Positions 1 to 9,659 of a stretch of 64,000 nucleotides of DNA are shown here, piece by piece (positions within the stretch are counted from its first letter, which is position 1; every line of letters starts with the position of its first letter). The notes under the pieces are model-generated. The model saw only the letters and a program-made list of their open reading frames with translations. It was not told where the DNA came from and made no database searches. Position numbers and translations under genes: made by a program. Origin of the DNA: Clostridiales bacterium (GTDB lineage Bacteria > Bacillota > Clostridia > TANB77 > CAG-508); NCBI GenBank assembly GCA_003525075.1, contig DQFO01000021.1, forward strand, positions 48,255-112,254, given 5' to 3'.

Positions 1-634
1 TTTTATCAATTATTTTTGCAGCCTTTACATTATTTTCATCATATCTTTCCTTTTGACTTTGAGACATATCATTAGTTTTTTGTGTTGATCTTGTTAGCCA
101 ATCTCTTATTGTATGAACATTTGAAGAAAGTAATTGTAAAGTATTTTCTGATACAACATTAGAACTTACAAATCCAGTTTGTGATAAATTGCTAAATTTT
201 GTTAATAAATCGTTTTTTCTTGTTGAAATCTTTTTCATATTAGTATTTGTTATTGGCGAATTGTTTGGAAATAAGTAATCATATGATGATGATTCTTCTA
301 TATGAAATGATGTCCATCTACTATCTGTTTTTGACATTTCAAATGAAATGTTTAACTGTATTTCCTCATAGCCTTCATTTGCATTTTGCGTAACCCAAGT
401 ATTATAATCAACAACAGAATTTATAACAGAAAGCATTTCATTTCCACGTATTGTTTTTCCATCATAATTTGTAAATTTCTTATTTAATTCGACAATTTGT
501 CTTAAGCTTAAATTGTCACTCTGTTGTTGATAATAATTAGAAATTTGATTATATCCTAATAACAACATTGATAATATTATAATTCCTATTAAAACACCAG
601 CTGCTATCAACAATGCTTTTGTTGCATTTTCCAT
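1..634 (-). CDS. membrane-anchored protein, 3'-truncated by the window edge. Begins with a hydrophobic segment (MENATKALLIAAGVLIGIIILSMLL...). Possibly a pseudopilin/minor-pilin-like component downstream of the Tad-like genes.
   Basis: Reverse-complement translation from the ATG at complement(632..634). An AGGAG RBS lies about 7 nt upstream. The frame stays open to position 1. No class-III signal motif is recognisable. Confidence 0.3.
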   Translation of the reverse strand, partial: MENATKALLIAAGVLIGIIILSMLLLGYNQISNYYQQQSDNLSLRQIVELNKKFTNYDGKTIRGNEMLSVINSVVDYNTWVTQNANEGYEEIQLNISFEMSKTDSRWTSFHIEESSSYDYLFPNNSPITNTNMKKISTRKNDLLTKFSNLSQTGFVSSNVVSENTLQLLSSNVHTIRDWLTRSTQKTNDMSQSQKERYDENNVKAAKIIDK

Positions 635-655
635 ATAATCAAACTCCTTTCTTTA

Positions 656-2722
656 TTATTGTAATCCTGCAAATGCACTTCCCATACTTGATAGACCAAT
701 AAATACTAATGGTATTATCAAATATCCAACGAATAAGCAAATCATTGGTGCAAAGCCTACAAATTTTCCTATTATTCCTTTTTTAGAAATAAATTGATCA
801 TTTGTTGCTTTACGTTTTTCTCTATGATAATCTTTATCTGCATCTAATTCATCAAATGCTTCTCTAATTGGTATTTTTTCTACTGCTGATTGTAAACTTT
901 CTACAATCCTAATCATATCATGATTGCTTACTGATTGTTTTAATTCCTCAAGTGCTTCCCAAGCACCTGCTTCATAGTTGTTTACACATCTTGCTATCGG
1001 CTCTTTGAAAATATTTGAATAACGTTCTAGCCATTCAAGGATCATTTCAACACTTATTCTTTCTATTTTCATAAGCATTAAAATAATTGTTTGGAATTGC
1101 ATTACTTCATTTTCCATTTCCATTTGTCTCATTTTCTTTTGGAATATCATTAACCAAACTGGAGCCATATATCCCATAACAGCTATTCCCATAGCAATTA
1201 ATTCTTCAAACCATTTCATTTGTTCTGAATTTATAATTTTTAATTTCTTCAAAATTCTTTCAGAGTCTGTTGTTAGGTTTTCGTCTGATTCTGTATAATA
1301 GTCTGATTTTATCATTGCTTTTTTAATATCATCTACTGTTACATCTAATTTTCCTTTAAATTTATTTAAGAAATAATTATCTTGTTCTGTTAAGTTTTCT
1401 GCTTTTTTCTTTTCTTTATCTGATAATGTTCCTAAAACTGTAGTTCTAGTTGTTGGCTCTGTATATACATAATTTATTGCTATTTTATGTAGCTGTGTTG
1501 TAAGAATTATTGTTGCCACAAAGCTTATAACTGCTAAAATAATTCTATTTACATATATCCATTCCATTTTTGATTTTGATGCTGAATCTTTTAATAATTG
1601 TTGCATCTTTTTGTAATCTTTTGTTCCCTTTTTAGGGATAAACATATTAACAATTTTTTTTACTAAAGGAATATTATACAATTTTTCTTGCCAAGGATGA
1701 TCTGTATGAGAAACTTCTGTTTGAACCCCTCCGTTATCTTTTAGCTTTCTTGTTAATATATAAGAAACAATTGTTATAACTACTATTATTATTTGGGCTA
1801 ATAGCCCCATCTTTCCATTATAAAACTCTCCTGTAAAAGAGAAGTTTGAAAGACACCAATTTTTTAATGGTTCTAGTAATAATACTGGTAATATTGATAT
1901 TATTGACAAACTTTGAAATACATAATTTAATTTATCTCTTTTTAAAATTTCAATTTGCATTTCTTGTGTAATATTATCTACGTTTTTCAAAAATAATGAT
2001 GAACCATCTTTGTCTTTTCTATCACCAAATTCCTTGGTCAAATATGATATACCAGCAAATTCTTTTAAATAACTATTTGGTGCTGTATCATAATATTTTT
2101 CTAGTTCTGTTTCTGGATCATCTGAAATTAATATTTCATAAATTTTTTCACCTTGTTTTGAAACATTTTTTTCATCATCCAAAGAAACTTGATATATAGC
2201 TTCTTCAACCATATTAAACTCATGATAAGCATGTCTAATTTCAGCGAAAAAGTCTATTTGTTCTTTTAATAATTTATTGTCAATTTTGTCAACCATTCCC
2301 TCTGTCATTGAATCTACAACAAACAATTCGAAGATTAACAAAATTGACATAAGTAATATATTTTGTTTTGTGATTATAATTGTTATAAATACAATAGGTA
2401 TAAGTATTAATATTGCATTCATTAAAATTTTTGCTGAATCTCTTCTTGTACTATATTCATCGTCAATATTTAAAATTTCAAGCCTTCTACGAAGTTTAAA
2501 TAAATATCTTTTGATGAAAGGTATTTTAATAAATGTTATATATAATCTCTGGTATAAAACATCCATTGAAAAGCCACTTGTTTTAGTTCCTTGTTGTAAC
2601 TTCTTTATTCTTGCATATTCTGATTTTCCCATTTGTTTTGCTAAAGCAAAATATGCAATTCCAGCAATTACTAATAAACCAATAGAACCAAATATTATAT
2701 ATTTTAGCACACTAGCATCCAT
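656..2722 (-). CDS. polytopic membrane protein, GspF/TadB-TadC-like platform protein (apparent two-repeat fusion, 688 aa)
   Basis: Cytoplasmic helical segments alternate with clusters of 2-3 TM helices, twice over. It sits immediately downstream of the CpaF-like ATPase, as tadB/tadC do in tad loci. The call rests on architecture and context, not on a clear motif. Confidence 0.45.
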   Translation of the reverse strand: MDASVLKYIIFGSIGLLVIAGIAYFALAKQMGKSEYARIKKLQQGTKTSGFSMDVLYQRLYITFIKIPFIKRYLFKLRRRLEILNIDDEYSTRRDSAKILMNAILILIPIVFITIIITKQNILLMSILLIFELFVVDSMTEGMVDKIDNKLLKEQIDFFAEIRHAYHEFNMVEEAIYQVSLDDEKNVSKQGEKIYEILISDDPETELEKYYDTAPNSYLKEFAGISYLTKEFGDRKDKDGSSLFLKNVDNITQEMQIEILKRDKLNYVFQSLSIISILPVLLLEPLKNWCLSNFSFTGEFYNGKMGLLAQIIIVVITIVSYILTRKLKDNGGVQTEVSHTDHPWQEKLYNIPLVKKIVNMFIPKKGTKDYKKMQQLLKDSASKSKMEWIYVNRIILAVISFVATIILTTQLHKIAINYVYTEPTTRTTVLGTLSDKEKKKAENLTEQDNYFLNKFKGKLDVTVDDIKKAMIKSDYYTESDENLTTDSERILKKLKIINSEQMKWFEELIAMGIAVMGYMAPVWLMIFQKKMRQMEMENEVMQFQTIILMLMKIERISVEMILEWLERYSNIFKEPIARCVNNYEAGAWEALEELKQSVSNHDMIRIVESLQSAVEKIPIREAFDELDADKDYHREKRKATNDQFISKKGIIGKFVGFAPMICLFVGYLIIPLVFIGLSSMGSAFAGLQ

Positions 2723-2751
2723 TTAATAACAACTCTCCTTTCATCTATGTT

Positions 2752-4641
2752 TTATACTTTTTTAGTTTTTCCCCAATATTTTTCAATAAATTTGTCAAAT
2801 TCAACTGCATCTGTTTCATCCATATTTGCTCTCATATCATGAATATTTTGATCTGTTATTTTATTTGTCAATTGATATTCTCCATCAACATATTCTAAAA
2901 CATTTTGATATGTATATAAATTTTGTTCTGTTACTTTTGAAAAATATGTTGTTGCATTTTCAAAGAATTTTGTAACTTTTGAATCCATATCATGTTCTTT
3001 TTTATATTCAAAGTCATAAGTCTTTGAATCTTTAACAGGTATACATTCTGTTACTCTCTCAATATATCTTCTACCTCTAAAGTCTTTTTGTAAATGTATA
3101 TCAAAATTTAATACTTGTACAACTTGTTCCTCAGCTGTTTTTTCATTTTTAAACACTCCTGCTCTTAACATTGAGTTTCTTAATGCTGTAACTAAATCTG
3201 GGAATGTTTTAGCATGGTGAGTAAATAATGTAAATTTGGAAGCAACCTGTGCTGATTGAATCATCCAAGATGCTACTGGGTCTGTTGCAACCTCACCGAT
3301 GATATTAACAGAACCATCTGTCTTTTTCTGAACGTCCAAACACTCTTGTCCAGAAATTGTATCAGTCTCACGCATTGATAAAATGTTTCTTGTTGGATAA
3401 ACTTTTCTTAAATGCAACTCGAATGCCATTTCAGTGATACGTAAGTTCATTGTTTCATAAATATTTTCAATCAATCCCATAAGTAGTGTTGTTTTACCAC
3501 AACCTTGTTCACCAGTTATTGATGTTATTCTTGCACCTTTTACAAGATATTTTAATAATTCAATTGCTTTTTCTTTTCCAGCCATATCTCCTGTCCATTG
3601 TTCAACAGTAGCACGTTTTACGTCGAACTTTCTTACGAAGAATGCCCATGTTTCTGACATACTTGGTCTTACAACAACAACACGAGATCCGTCTTTCATT
3701 TCATTTACTTTATAACCATTTGTGTCTGATAATTGTCCTGGGTTATTATATTTATAAATATTTTGACATACTCTTTTTAATTCTGCTTCTGTTCCAAATG
3801 ATAAAAATGCTAAACGAATTGATTTACCTTGGAAAAATATCCAAATACTATCACATGCTCTTGGAACTTTATGTTCAGATACTTGTTCAATATAATCTGT
3901 TGTTCCTGTTTGTGCAACTTGGCTTATAAAACTTTCTGGTAAACCAGATACACCACCAGATACACCATCTATATTCATATCTCTTATTTCGTCAATTGAA
4001 CTATATCCTTTATAATGTTGATATATTCTTTGAACAACAATTTCTAGTTTATCTTTAAATGATAATACTAATTTTTCTTTTTCATAAATATCTGAAATTT
4101 CATCTTCTGTTATTACATAAGATGGCTTACTTTCACCTTGAAGATATTTTAATGTTGCTAAATTATATCTTTTTATAAGTTCTGTTAATGCTTCATATCC
4201 AAATTCTTTTTTATACATATATATGATAATATCAAATTTGTCTTGTGCAGTTAACAATGATGGAACATCAAAAGGAATTGCCTTTGATATATTTGTTTCA
4301 TCAACACCATATTCCTTTGATAATAAATCTGATATTAATTCTTTTACATATCTTTTATCATTAACATCTCCATATGTACAACCTTTTAAGGCTTTCTTTA
4401 ATGCATATTTTTTATTTTTTCTTCTTTTTAATTCTTCTTCTGATAATCCTATATCATAAAGATTTATTTTTGTAATTTCATCAAGTCTCTTTTTTACATA
4501 ATCTCTCATTTTTTCAAGAGTATATGTTTTATCATCTTTCTCAATTTCTTGTACGACTTCTGCATTTTGTTTATTTTTAAGCCAAAATATTAATGCTACT
4601 CCACCAATAATCAAAACGACAATACACAATAAAATTGCCAT
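2752..4641 (-). CDS. CpaF/TadA-like type II/IV secretion-family ATPase with an N-terminal transmembrane anchor and a long N-terminal extension
   Basis: Walker A box ITGEQGCGKTTLL. EIRDMNIDGVSGGV is a VirB11/CpaF-like 'I-D-I-NG' motif. NIIGEVATD...FTLFTHHAKT resembles the His-box region of CpaF. Confidence 0.65.
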   Translation of the reverse strand: MAILLCIVVLIIGGVALIFWLKNKQNAEVVQEIEKDDKTYTLEKMRDYVKKRLDEITKINLYDIGLSEEELKRRKNKKYALKKALKGCTYGDVNDKRYVKELISDLLSKEYGVDETNISKAIPFDVPSLLTAQDKFDIIIYMYKKEFGYEALTELIKRYNLATLKYLQGESKPSYVITEDEISDIYEKEKLVLSFKDKLEIVVQRIYQHYKGYSSIDEIRDMNIDGVSGGVSGLPESFISQVAQTGTTDYIEQVSEHKVPRACDSIWIFFQGKSIRLAFLSFGTEAELKRVCQNIYKYNNPGQLSDTNGYKVNEMKDGSRVVVVRPSMSETWAFFVRKFDVKRATVEQWTGDMAGKEKAIELLKYLVKGARITSITGEQGCGKTTLLMGLIENIYETMNLRITEMAFELHLRKVYPTRNILSMRETDTISGQECLDVQKKTDGSVNIIGEVATDPVASWMIQSAQVASKFTLFTHHAKTFPDLVTALRNSMLRAGVFKNEKTAEEQVVQVLNFDIHLQKDFRGRRYIERVTECIPVKDSKTYDFEYKKEHDMDSKVTKFFENATTYFSKVTEQNLYTYQNVLEYVDGEYQLTNKITDQNIHDMRANMDETDAVEFDKFIEKYWGKTKKV

Positions 4642-4648
4642 CTTATTC

Positions 4649-5512
4649 TCACCTCATTCTCATTTGCAATTCTTTTATTTTTTCTATAATTTTTTCTACT
4701 AATTTATCAAGTTCTTTCATAAAAATATAATTTGAATCTGTTGTATCTTTTATTTTGCTTAGTCTATAAAATAAATCTACAACTCCTACTTCTTCAGCTG
4801 CTTCATATAATAAAATATTAAATGGAATAACTGATAATTCTTTTTTTTCTCTTAAATATTTTTGCAAATTACTTTTATTGTATTTTGAATAATGACTATA
4901 TTTGCCTATAACGATAATATTTTTTGGTTCTGCTACAATCGGATTATCCATTTTTAATTGTATATAGTAGTCTAAACTTCTTAATTTTTGACCTGCAATA
5001 TAAAGATTTATAGTAGCCATTTTTAAGATTTCATTTCTTACGCCCTCATCTAGTTCTCTACTTAAATCTACTAAAACCATATCATAGTATTGATTTGCTA
5101 CATTTAGTATTGCAGGATAAACTGCTGATATTGTTTTATAGTCTCGTAGATTTTCTTCTTTTGTCTTTGTAGGATTTTCCATATATCCATCTAGAACTTC
5201 TAATGTGTCTTTAAAAATAACATGTGTATAATCTGTTATATTTTCTGGTTCTATCTTATTACTTGCTATTAATCTAGATAATCCTTCAACACCATTCTCT
5301 ATTGCAATGCTTGATGATCTATCAGCCATAATTTGTTTTCTTACAGCATTTTCTTTCCAAAAGCAATTTTTTATTGTTGAATCATTATATGCTGCTGAAA
5401 CAATCAAAACTTTTAAGTTACGCTCGATAGCCATTTTTGTTGCAACAGCAACTGTTGATATTGAAACTCCTGATTGTTCTCTATCTGCATTCCAAAATGT
5501 TACAATTGACAT
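4649..5512 (-). CDS. ParA/MinD-like protein with a degenerate Walker A (TadZ/CpaE-like pseudo-ATPase)
   Basis: The N-terminus IVTFWNADREQSGVS aligns to a deviant Walker A that has lost the GK[ST]. YDMVLVDL is Walker-B-like. Position matches tadZ in tad operons. Confidence 0.4.
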   Translation of the reverse strand: MSIVTFWNADREQSGVSISTVAVATKMAIERNLKVLIVSAAYNDSTIKNCFWKENAVRKQIMADRSSSIAIENGVEGLSRLIASNKIEPENITDYTHVIFKDTLEVLDGYMENPTKTKEENLRDYKTISAVYPAILNVANQYYDMVLVDLSRELDEGVRNEILKMATINLYIAGQKLRSLDYYIQLKMDNPIVAEPKNIIVIGKYSHYSKYNKSNLQKYLREKKELSVIPFNILLYEAAEEVGVVDLFYRLSKIKDTTDSNYIFMKELDKLVEKIIEKIKELQMRMR

Positions 5513-5528
5513 CTTATTCTCTCCTTTT

Positions 5529-6215
5529 TTATATTTCCTTAGTCATTTTTCTAAGCATTTTTTCATCTAATCCACTACATAATTCTCTTACAATATATAC
5601 AATGTTTTCTCTATATTCATTACTTAAGTTTTTTAATTTTATACACTGCAATCTGTGGTTTTCCATGTGTACTGCTAAATCTCCGTTTTCTAATAAGAAG
5701 TATAATTTATTGTCTGTCCATTCTTCTTTTAATTCAAGTGTTAAATAATTAAAGTATTCATCTTCTTCTTTTAACATTTCTTTTGTAAAAAATAATCTTG
5801 TCATTTTTAATGGTAAATTTATTTCTTTTAGAAGTTCAATTCCTTTTCTTAGTGAATATCCATCAAATGATGTTACATAATATAATTTGTCAAAACTTAG
5901 AGCTTCAAAATCTCTAACTCCATCAAAATTATCAGTATCAAGAAATATATATTCATATTCGAATTCATTTTCAGTGTCAACACCTAAATAATGGGCTATT
6001 TGTTCTATATTTTCAAAACCTATAGCAACATCAATGTCTTCAAATGTTGTTACATAAGATACTGTAGGTAATATATTAGGAACTATATATTTTGCTTTTT
6101 GATCCTTTGTAGAATCTATGAATAAAACTTTTTTTCCATTTCTTGTTAATAATTTGGATATATCCAAAATTAGATCTGTTTTATCATATACCCCTATAAA
6201 TCCAACTTTCTTCAT
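5529..6215 (-). CDS. second ParA/MinD-like protein with a degenerate P-loop (TadZ-like)
   Basis: Start taken as MKKVGFIGVYDK at position 6215, which has an AAAGGA RBS 8 nt upstream. The listed ORF extends 14 codons further. Overall MinD-fold layout but no canonical KGGxGKT. Confidence 0.4.
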   Translation of the reverse strand: MKKVGFIGVYDKTDLILDISKLLTRNGKKVLFIDSTKDQKAKYIVPNILPTVSYVTTFEDIDVAIGFENIEQIAHYLGVDTENEFEYEYIFLDTDNFDGVRDFEALSFDKLYYVTSFDGYSLRKGIELLKEINLPLKMTRLFFTKEMLKEEDEYFNYLTLELKEEWTDNKLYFLLENGDLAVHMENHRLQCIKLKNLSNEYRENIVYIVRELCSGLDEKMLRKMTKEI

Positions 6216-6279
6216 GTTATTATCCTTTCTATATAATAATTCATATAGTAAGGGCATAATATGCCCTTACTATAACTAA

Positions 6280-7383
6280 TTATTCTCCTAGTGAATCTAA
6301 ATATTTTTGTCTTGCATCTTGTGCATTAGAAATACTTTCTTCCATTGAATTTTTTACATTTGTATCATAGTCAGCTCCAATTTGTTGTTCTAAGTATCTT
6401 CTTGCATTTGTTGCTGATGTTGTATATCTCTTCTTTAATTCTTCTACTGCACTTGATACTATATTTGGATTTGATACATTTCCGTTTGAATCTGTTATTA
6501 ATGCTGTTACAGAATCATTTGGTCTATATGTTGGTACAGCTGCATCTTGTATTCCTGCTTCTTTGTATTTTGTTGCATATAATTTTGCACCATTAATTCC
6601 GGCAGCTTCTACTATTGCACTAGACATTGCTAAAATTTCATCTTCTCTTAATGTCATTCTTATTGTATCTGCTAAACGTCCTTCTGCTCCCATTGGTATT
6701 TCAACTATTTTTTTTGAAACAACTATGTAATTTTGTCCATTTGGTAGCATTAATCTTATATCAACATAATCTCCATCTGTTAAATCTACTGGTAAAGATA
6801 CAACATTATATTCCTCTACTCTTACATCATTTGAAACAATATTATCAGTTTGTTGAACCATATTTGGTGTTACTACTGTATTTTTTTTCATATCTAATTT
6901 TGCTACTACTGGTACATTGTTTAATTCAATATATTGTTTTGTTGTTGATGTAGGTTTTATATAATAATTTTCCGTTGTGTCTTCTTTGTAAACTCTTACT
7001 ATGCTATCTGATCCATTAGCATCTGTTTGTGTATAATAAAGACCTTCTTCATCTCTATTTAACATAGTTCCATCTTTTGTTTGCATATACCAACTTTCAA
7101 TAACTGATATTACTGATGTTGCATTTGCTGGTATTGTTGTTTGATCTACTGCTTTTAGGGCAAACATATCTTCTGTTATTTCTTCTCCTGATTTTACGTC
7201 TTGACTTAATACGTAAACCTTCTTTCTATTTGCATTTAATGTAGAAATCTCTGTATTCAATTTATTTACATAAAACAATAATAATGCTATTACAATTCCT
7301 GTTAATAATAGTGTTATTACTACTCCTAATATAAATGATGTTCTTGCTTTTTTTTGCATTGGGTTCATTGCCATTTTTTCCAC
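6280..7383 (-). CDS. CpaB/RcpC-like Flp-pilus assembly protein (N-terminal TM plus SAF-like domain) with a C-terminal extension
   Basis: An N-terminal TM segment is followed by VYVLSQDVKSGEEITEDMFALKAVD..IPANA. This matches the SAF/CpaB pattern of a hydrophobic beta-strand, charged turn and '..P..A'. GTG start with an AGGGAAGG RBS. First gene of the minus-strand cluster. Confidence 0.5.
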   Translation of the reverse strand: MEKMAMNPMQKKARTSFILGVVITLLLTGIVIALLLFYVNKLNTEISTLNANRKKVYVLSQDVKSGEEITEDMFALKAVDQTTIPANATSVISVIESWYMQTKDGTMLNRDEEGLYYTQTDANGSDSIVRVYKEDTTENYYIKPTSTTKQYIELNNVPVVAKLDMKKNTVVTPNMVQQTDNIVSNDVRVEEYNVVSLPVDLTDGDYVDIRLMLPNGQNYIVVSKKIVEIPMGAEGRLADTIRMTLREDEILAMSSAIVEAAGINGAKLYATKYKEAGIQDAAVPTYRPNDSVTALITDSNGNVSNPNIVSSAVEELKKRYTTSATNARRYLEQQIGADYDTNVKNSMEESISNAQDARQKYLDSLGE

Positions 7384-7529
7384 GTTCCTTCCCTATTTTT
7401 TAATTTATTTCTATTTTATTTTACAATATTTTTATACTAAAATCAACAAAATATTTCTATTGTAATATAAAATTAATGCTTTTGTAATATTAATGTAATA
7501 TTTCTTTAAAGCCTTTAGTTTACTACTAT

Positions 7530-8408
7530 TTACAAGTTTAAATCAAATATTTTATTAAGAATTATTGCTACTCCATCTTCATCATTTGTTGGTGCAATTA
7601 TATCTGCTGATTGTTTTACATATGGGGCACTTTCCCCCATTGCAACACCAAGTCCAGCATTTGTTATCATTTTTAAGTCATTGGCATTATCTCCAATTGT
7701 TACAACTTCCTCTTTTGATATATTCATTAAACCTATTATTTCTTCTAATGCATTCCATTTATCTACATCTTTAGCTGATACTTCTGTATAAAAGTATTCT
7801 AATGCTATTTCGTCTGTTCCCTGTTTTATTATTTTTCTAGACATGTGAGATACTTCTAATACTTCAATTTCAGATAATTCTTTTAGTTTTCTTACAATAG
7901 AATTAAATACAGTTTTATGTTCATCACAAATCATTATTTTTAGAATTTTTTCTTCTCTTTGTTCAAAATAATCATAAACATTTTCAACAATATTTATATG
8001 TGTCCTATTTTCATCTGGTTTTGTTAAATTATCTTTATAATAATATAATGTGTTATAGCTTAAGTTTTTGGCTATTATTCCATTTTCAGTATAAACATTA
8101 TAATAAATACTGTTTTCTTCACAAATTTTTATGATTTTCAATGCTTTTGTTTTGGATAAAATATTTTCGTATAATATTTTATTATTTTTTATATCATATG
8201 TAATAGCTCCATTTCCTGAAATGAAGTATTTATTACTATTAATTTCTTTTGAAAACCTTTTTACAGATGTGATTGCTCTTCCTGATGCAATCATTACTTC
8301 AACACCTTTTTCTTGTGCTTTTGATATTGCTTTCTTTGTTTTTTCAGTAATTATTCCATATTGGTTCAGCATTGTTCCATCAAGATCTATTGCTACTAAC
8401 TTATACAT
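7530..8408 (-). CDS. Cof-type HAD-IIB family hydrolase
   Basis: Motif I VAIDLDGTML, ASGR motif, and a C-terminal GDNANDLKM...GVAMG typical of Cof/YidA phosphatases. Confidence 0.8.
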   Translation of the reverse strand: MYKLVAIDLDGTMLNQYGIITEKTKKAISKAQEKGVEVMIASGRAITSVKRFSKEINSNKYFISGNGAITYDIKNNKILYENILSKTKALKIIKICEENSIYYNVYTENGIIAKNLSYNTLYYYKDNLTKPDENRTHINIVENVYDYFEQREEKILKIMICDEHKTVFNSIVRKLKELSEIEVLEVSHMSRKIIKQGTDEIALEYFYTEVSAKDVDKWNALEEIIGLMNISKEEVVTIGDNANDLKMITNAGLGVAMGESAPYVKQSADIIAPTNDEDGVAIILNKIFDLNL

Positions 8409-8614
8409 ATCTTTCTCCTATCTTTTGTTTTAATTTTCAAACATATTTAATTTTAATAAATTTATCTGTTTTTTTCAAGATATTTTTGTAATTTATTTGT
8501 TTTTTCCAAAAACTTCTTGTTTATTTTATTAAAAATTGCACATTCTATTCTTAGAAAAGTTTTTACTTTTCAAAAAGAAATTAAATGATGTTATATATGA
8601 CGGAGGTGAATACA

Positions 8615-8815
8615 ATGGCAAATTCAAACAGCAATAAGAAATTAGTACCAGAAGCAATGAGCGCTTTAGACAAATTCAAATATGAAGTAGCTTCTGAAAT
8701 TGGTGTTACTTTAAAAGATGGTTATAATGGTGATATATCAGCAAAAGATGCTGGTAAAATAGGTGGAAACATGGTTAGAAAAATGATCCAACAAGTTGAA
8801 AACAACATGAAATAG
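8615..8815 (+). CDS. small acid-soluble spore protein, alpha/beta type
   Basis: LVPEAMSALDKFKYEVASEIGV...GDISAKDAGKIGGNMVRKMI is the SASP alpha/beta signature. GGAGGTG RBS at 8602-8608. The listed ORF begins at an upstream in-frame ATG (8585). Confidence 0.85.
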   Translation: MANSNSNKKLVPEAMSALDKFKYEVASEIGVTLKDGYNGDISAKDAGKIGGNMVRKMIQQVENNMK

Positions 8816-8900
8816 TTTTTTTAATAATGTATTCATAATATATTTATTAGGCAGAAGTATTATTCTTGGTTTTAGATATGTTTTGGTTTAAACATACATA

Positions 8901-8932
8901 AAGGCAGGAGTTGTGCTCCTGCCTTTATTTTA
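8901..8932. terminator. bidirectional Rho-independent terminator between sspA (+) and the cpsB-like gene (-)
   Basis: Perfect 10-bp stem aaggcaggag/ctcctgcctt with a 5-nt loop, followed by a T-rich tract. Confidence 0.7.
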
Positions 8933-9638
8933 TAATATCTTCATTATTTAAAACTTTTTGAGGATTAATTTCTGTAAATTCAATAAATTCTTCGTCTGAA
9001 ATAACTTTTTTTAATTTTTTAATAATTTTAGGAATTTTATTATATACTTGTTCTGGTTTATGGACATCTGATCCAAAAAAACTAATCAAATTATTTTTCA
9101 ATAAAATTTTTAATGTTTTTTTAGCTTTGCCACCATACATTCCTATTATACTACCAAAATTTGCTTGAAAAAGAGCTCCCATTTCTTCTAATTCAAATAA
9201 ATAATCTGGATTTTCTTGAACAAATGGATATCTTTCTGGATGAGCAATAATTGGTATATATCCATTTTCAATTAATCTATATATAACTTCTTTATCATTC
9301 ATAGGTTTTGTATTAATTAATGGAAATTCAAAAAGAACATATCTTGTATTATTTATAGATGATGCCTGTCCATTTTTTAATAAATCTATCATATTATTAG
9401 TAATATATATTTCATTTCCAAGGTATAATTCAATTCCATCAACAGAATCTTGTACCTCTTTTAATAATCGTTTTCTTTCTTGCTCATTACATTCATAATA
9501 ATTTTCCATATAATGTGATGTTGATATAATTTTGGTAAAACCTACATTTTTTGCTTCATTTACCATATAAATTGATTGTTCTAAATTTCTAGAACCATCA
9601 TCAATTCCTGGTAATATATGTGAATGAAAATCTATCAT
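8925..9638 (-). CDS. CpsB/YwqE-type PHP-domain protein-tyrosine phosphatase
   Basis: MIDFHSHILPGIDDGS N-terminus and conserved His/Asp pattern of Mn-dependent CpsB phosphatases. Lies downstream of the BY-kinase gene. Confidence 0.85.
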   Translation of the reverse strand: MIDFHSHILPGIDDGSRNLEQSIYMVNEAKNVGFTKIISTSHYMENYYECNEQERKRLLKEVQDSVDGIELYLGNEIYITNNMIDLLKNGQASSINNTRYVLFEFPLINTKPMNDKEVIYRLIENGYIPIIAHPERYPFVQENPDYLFELEEMGALFQANFGSIIGMYGGKAKKTLKILLKNNLISFFGSDVHKPEQVYNKIPKIIKKLKKVISDEEFIEFTEINPQKVLNNEDIIK

Positions 9639-9659
9639 AAAATCCTTCCTTTAAATCAT

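Noticed and set aside
1996-2199. Plus-strand ORFs antisense to the TadBC-like gene. The same pattern recurs in more than 50 other plus-strand ORFs in the track, e.g. 3642..3929, 6345..6596, 13138..13383, 42892..43404, 55377..55706, 56013..56342, 58415..58843.
   Set aside because: They are Leu/Phe/Ile/His-rich low-complexity translations of the antisense of AT-rich genes. They are fully contained in well-supported minus-strand CDSs, have no RBS and show no domain signatures.
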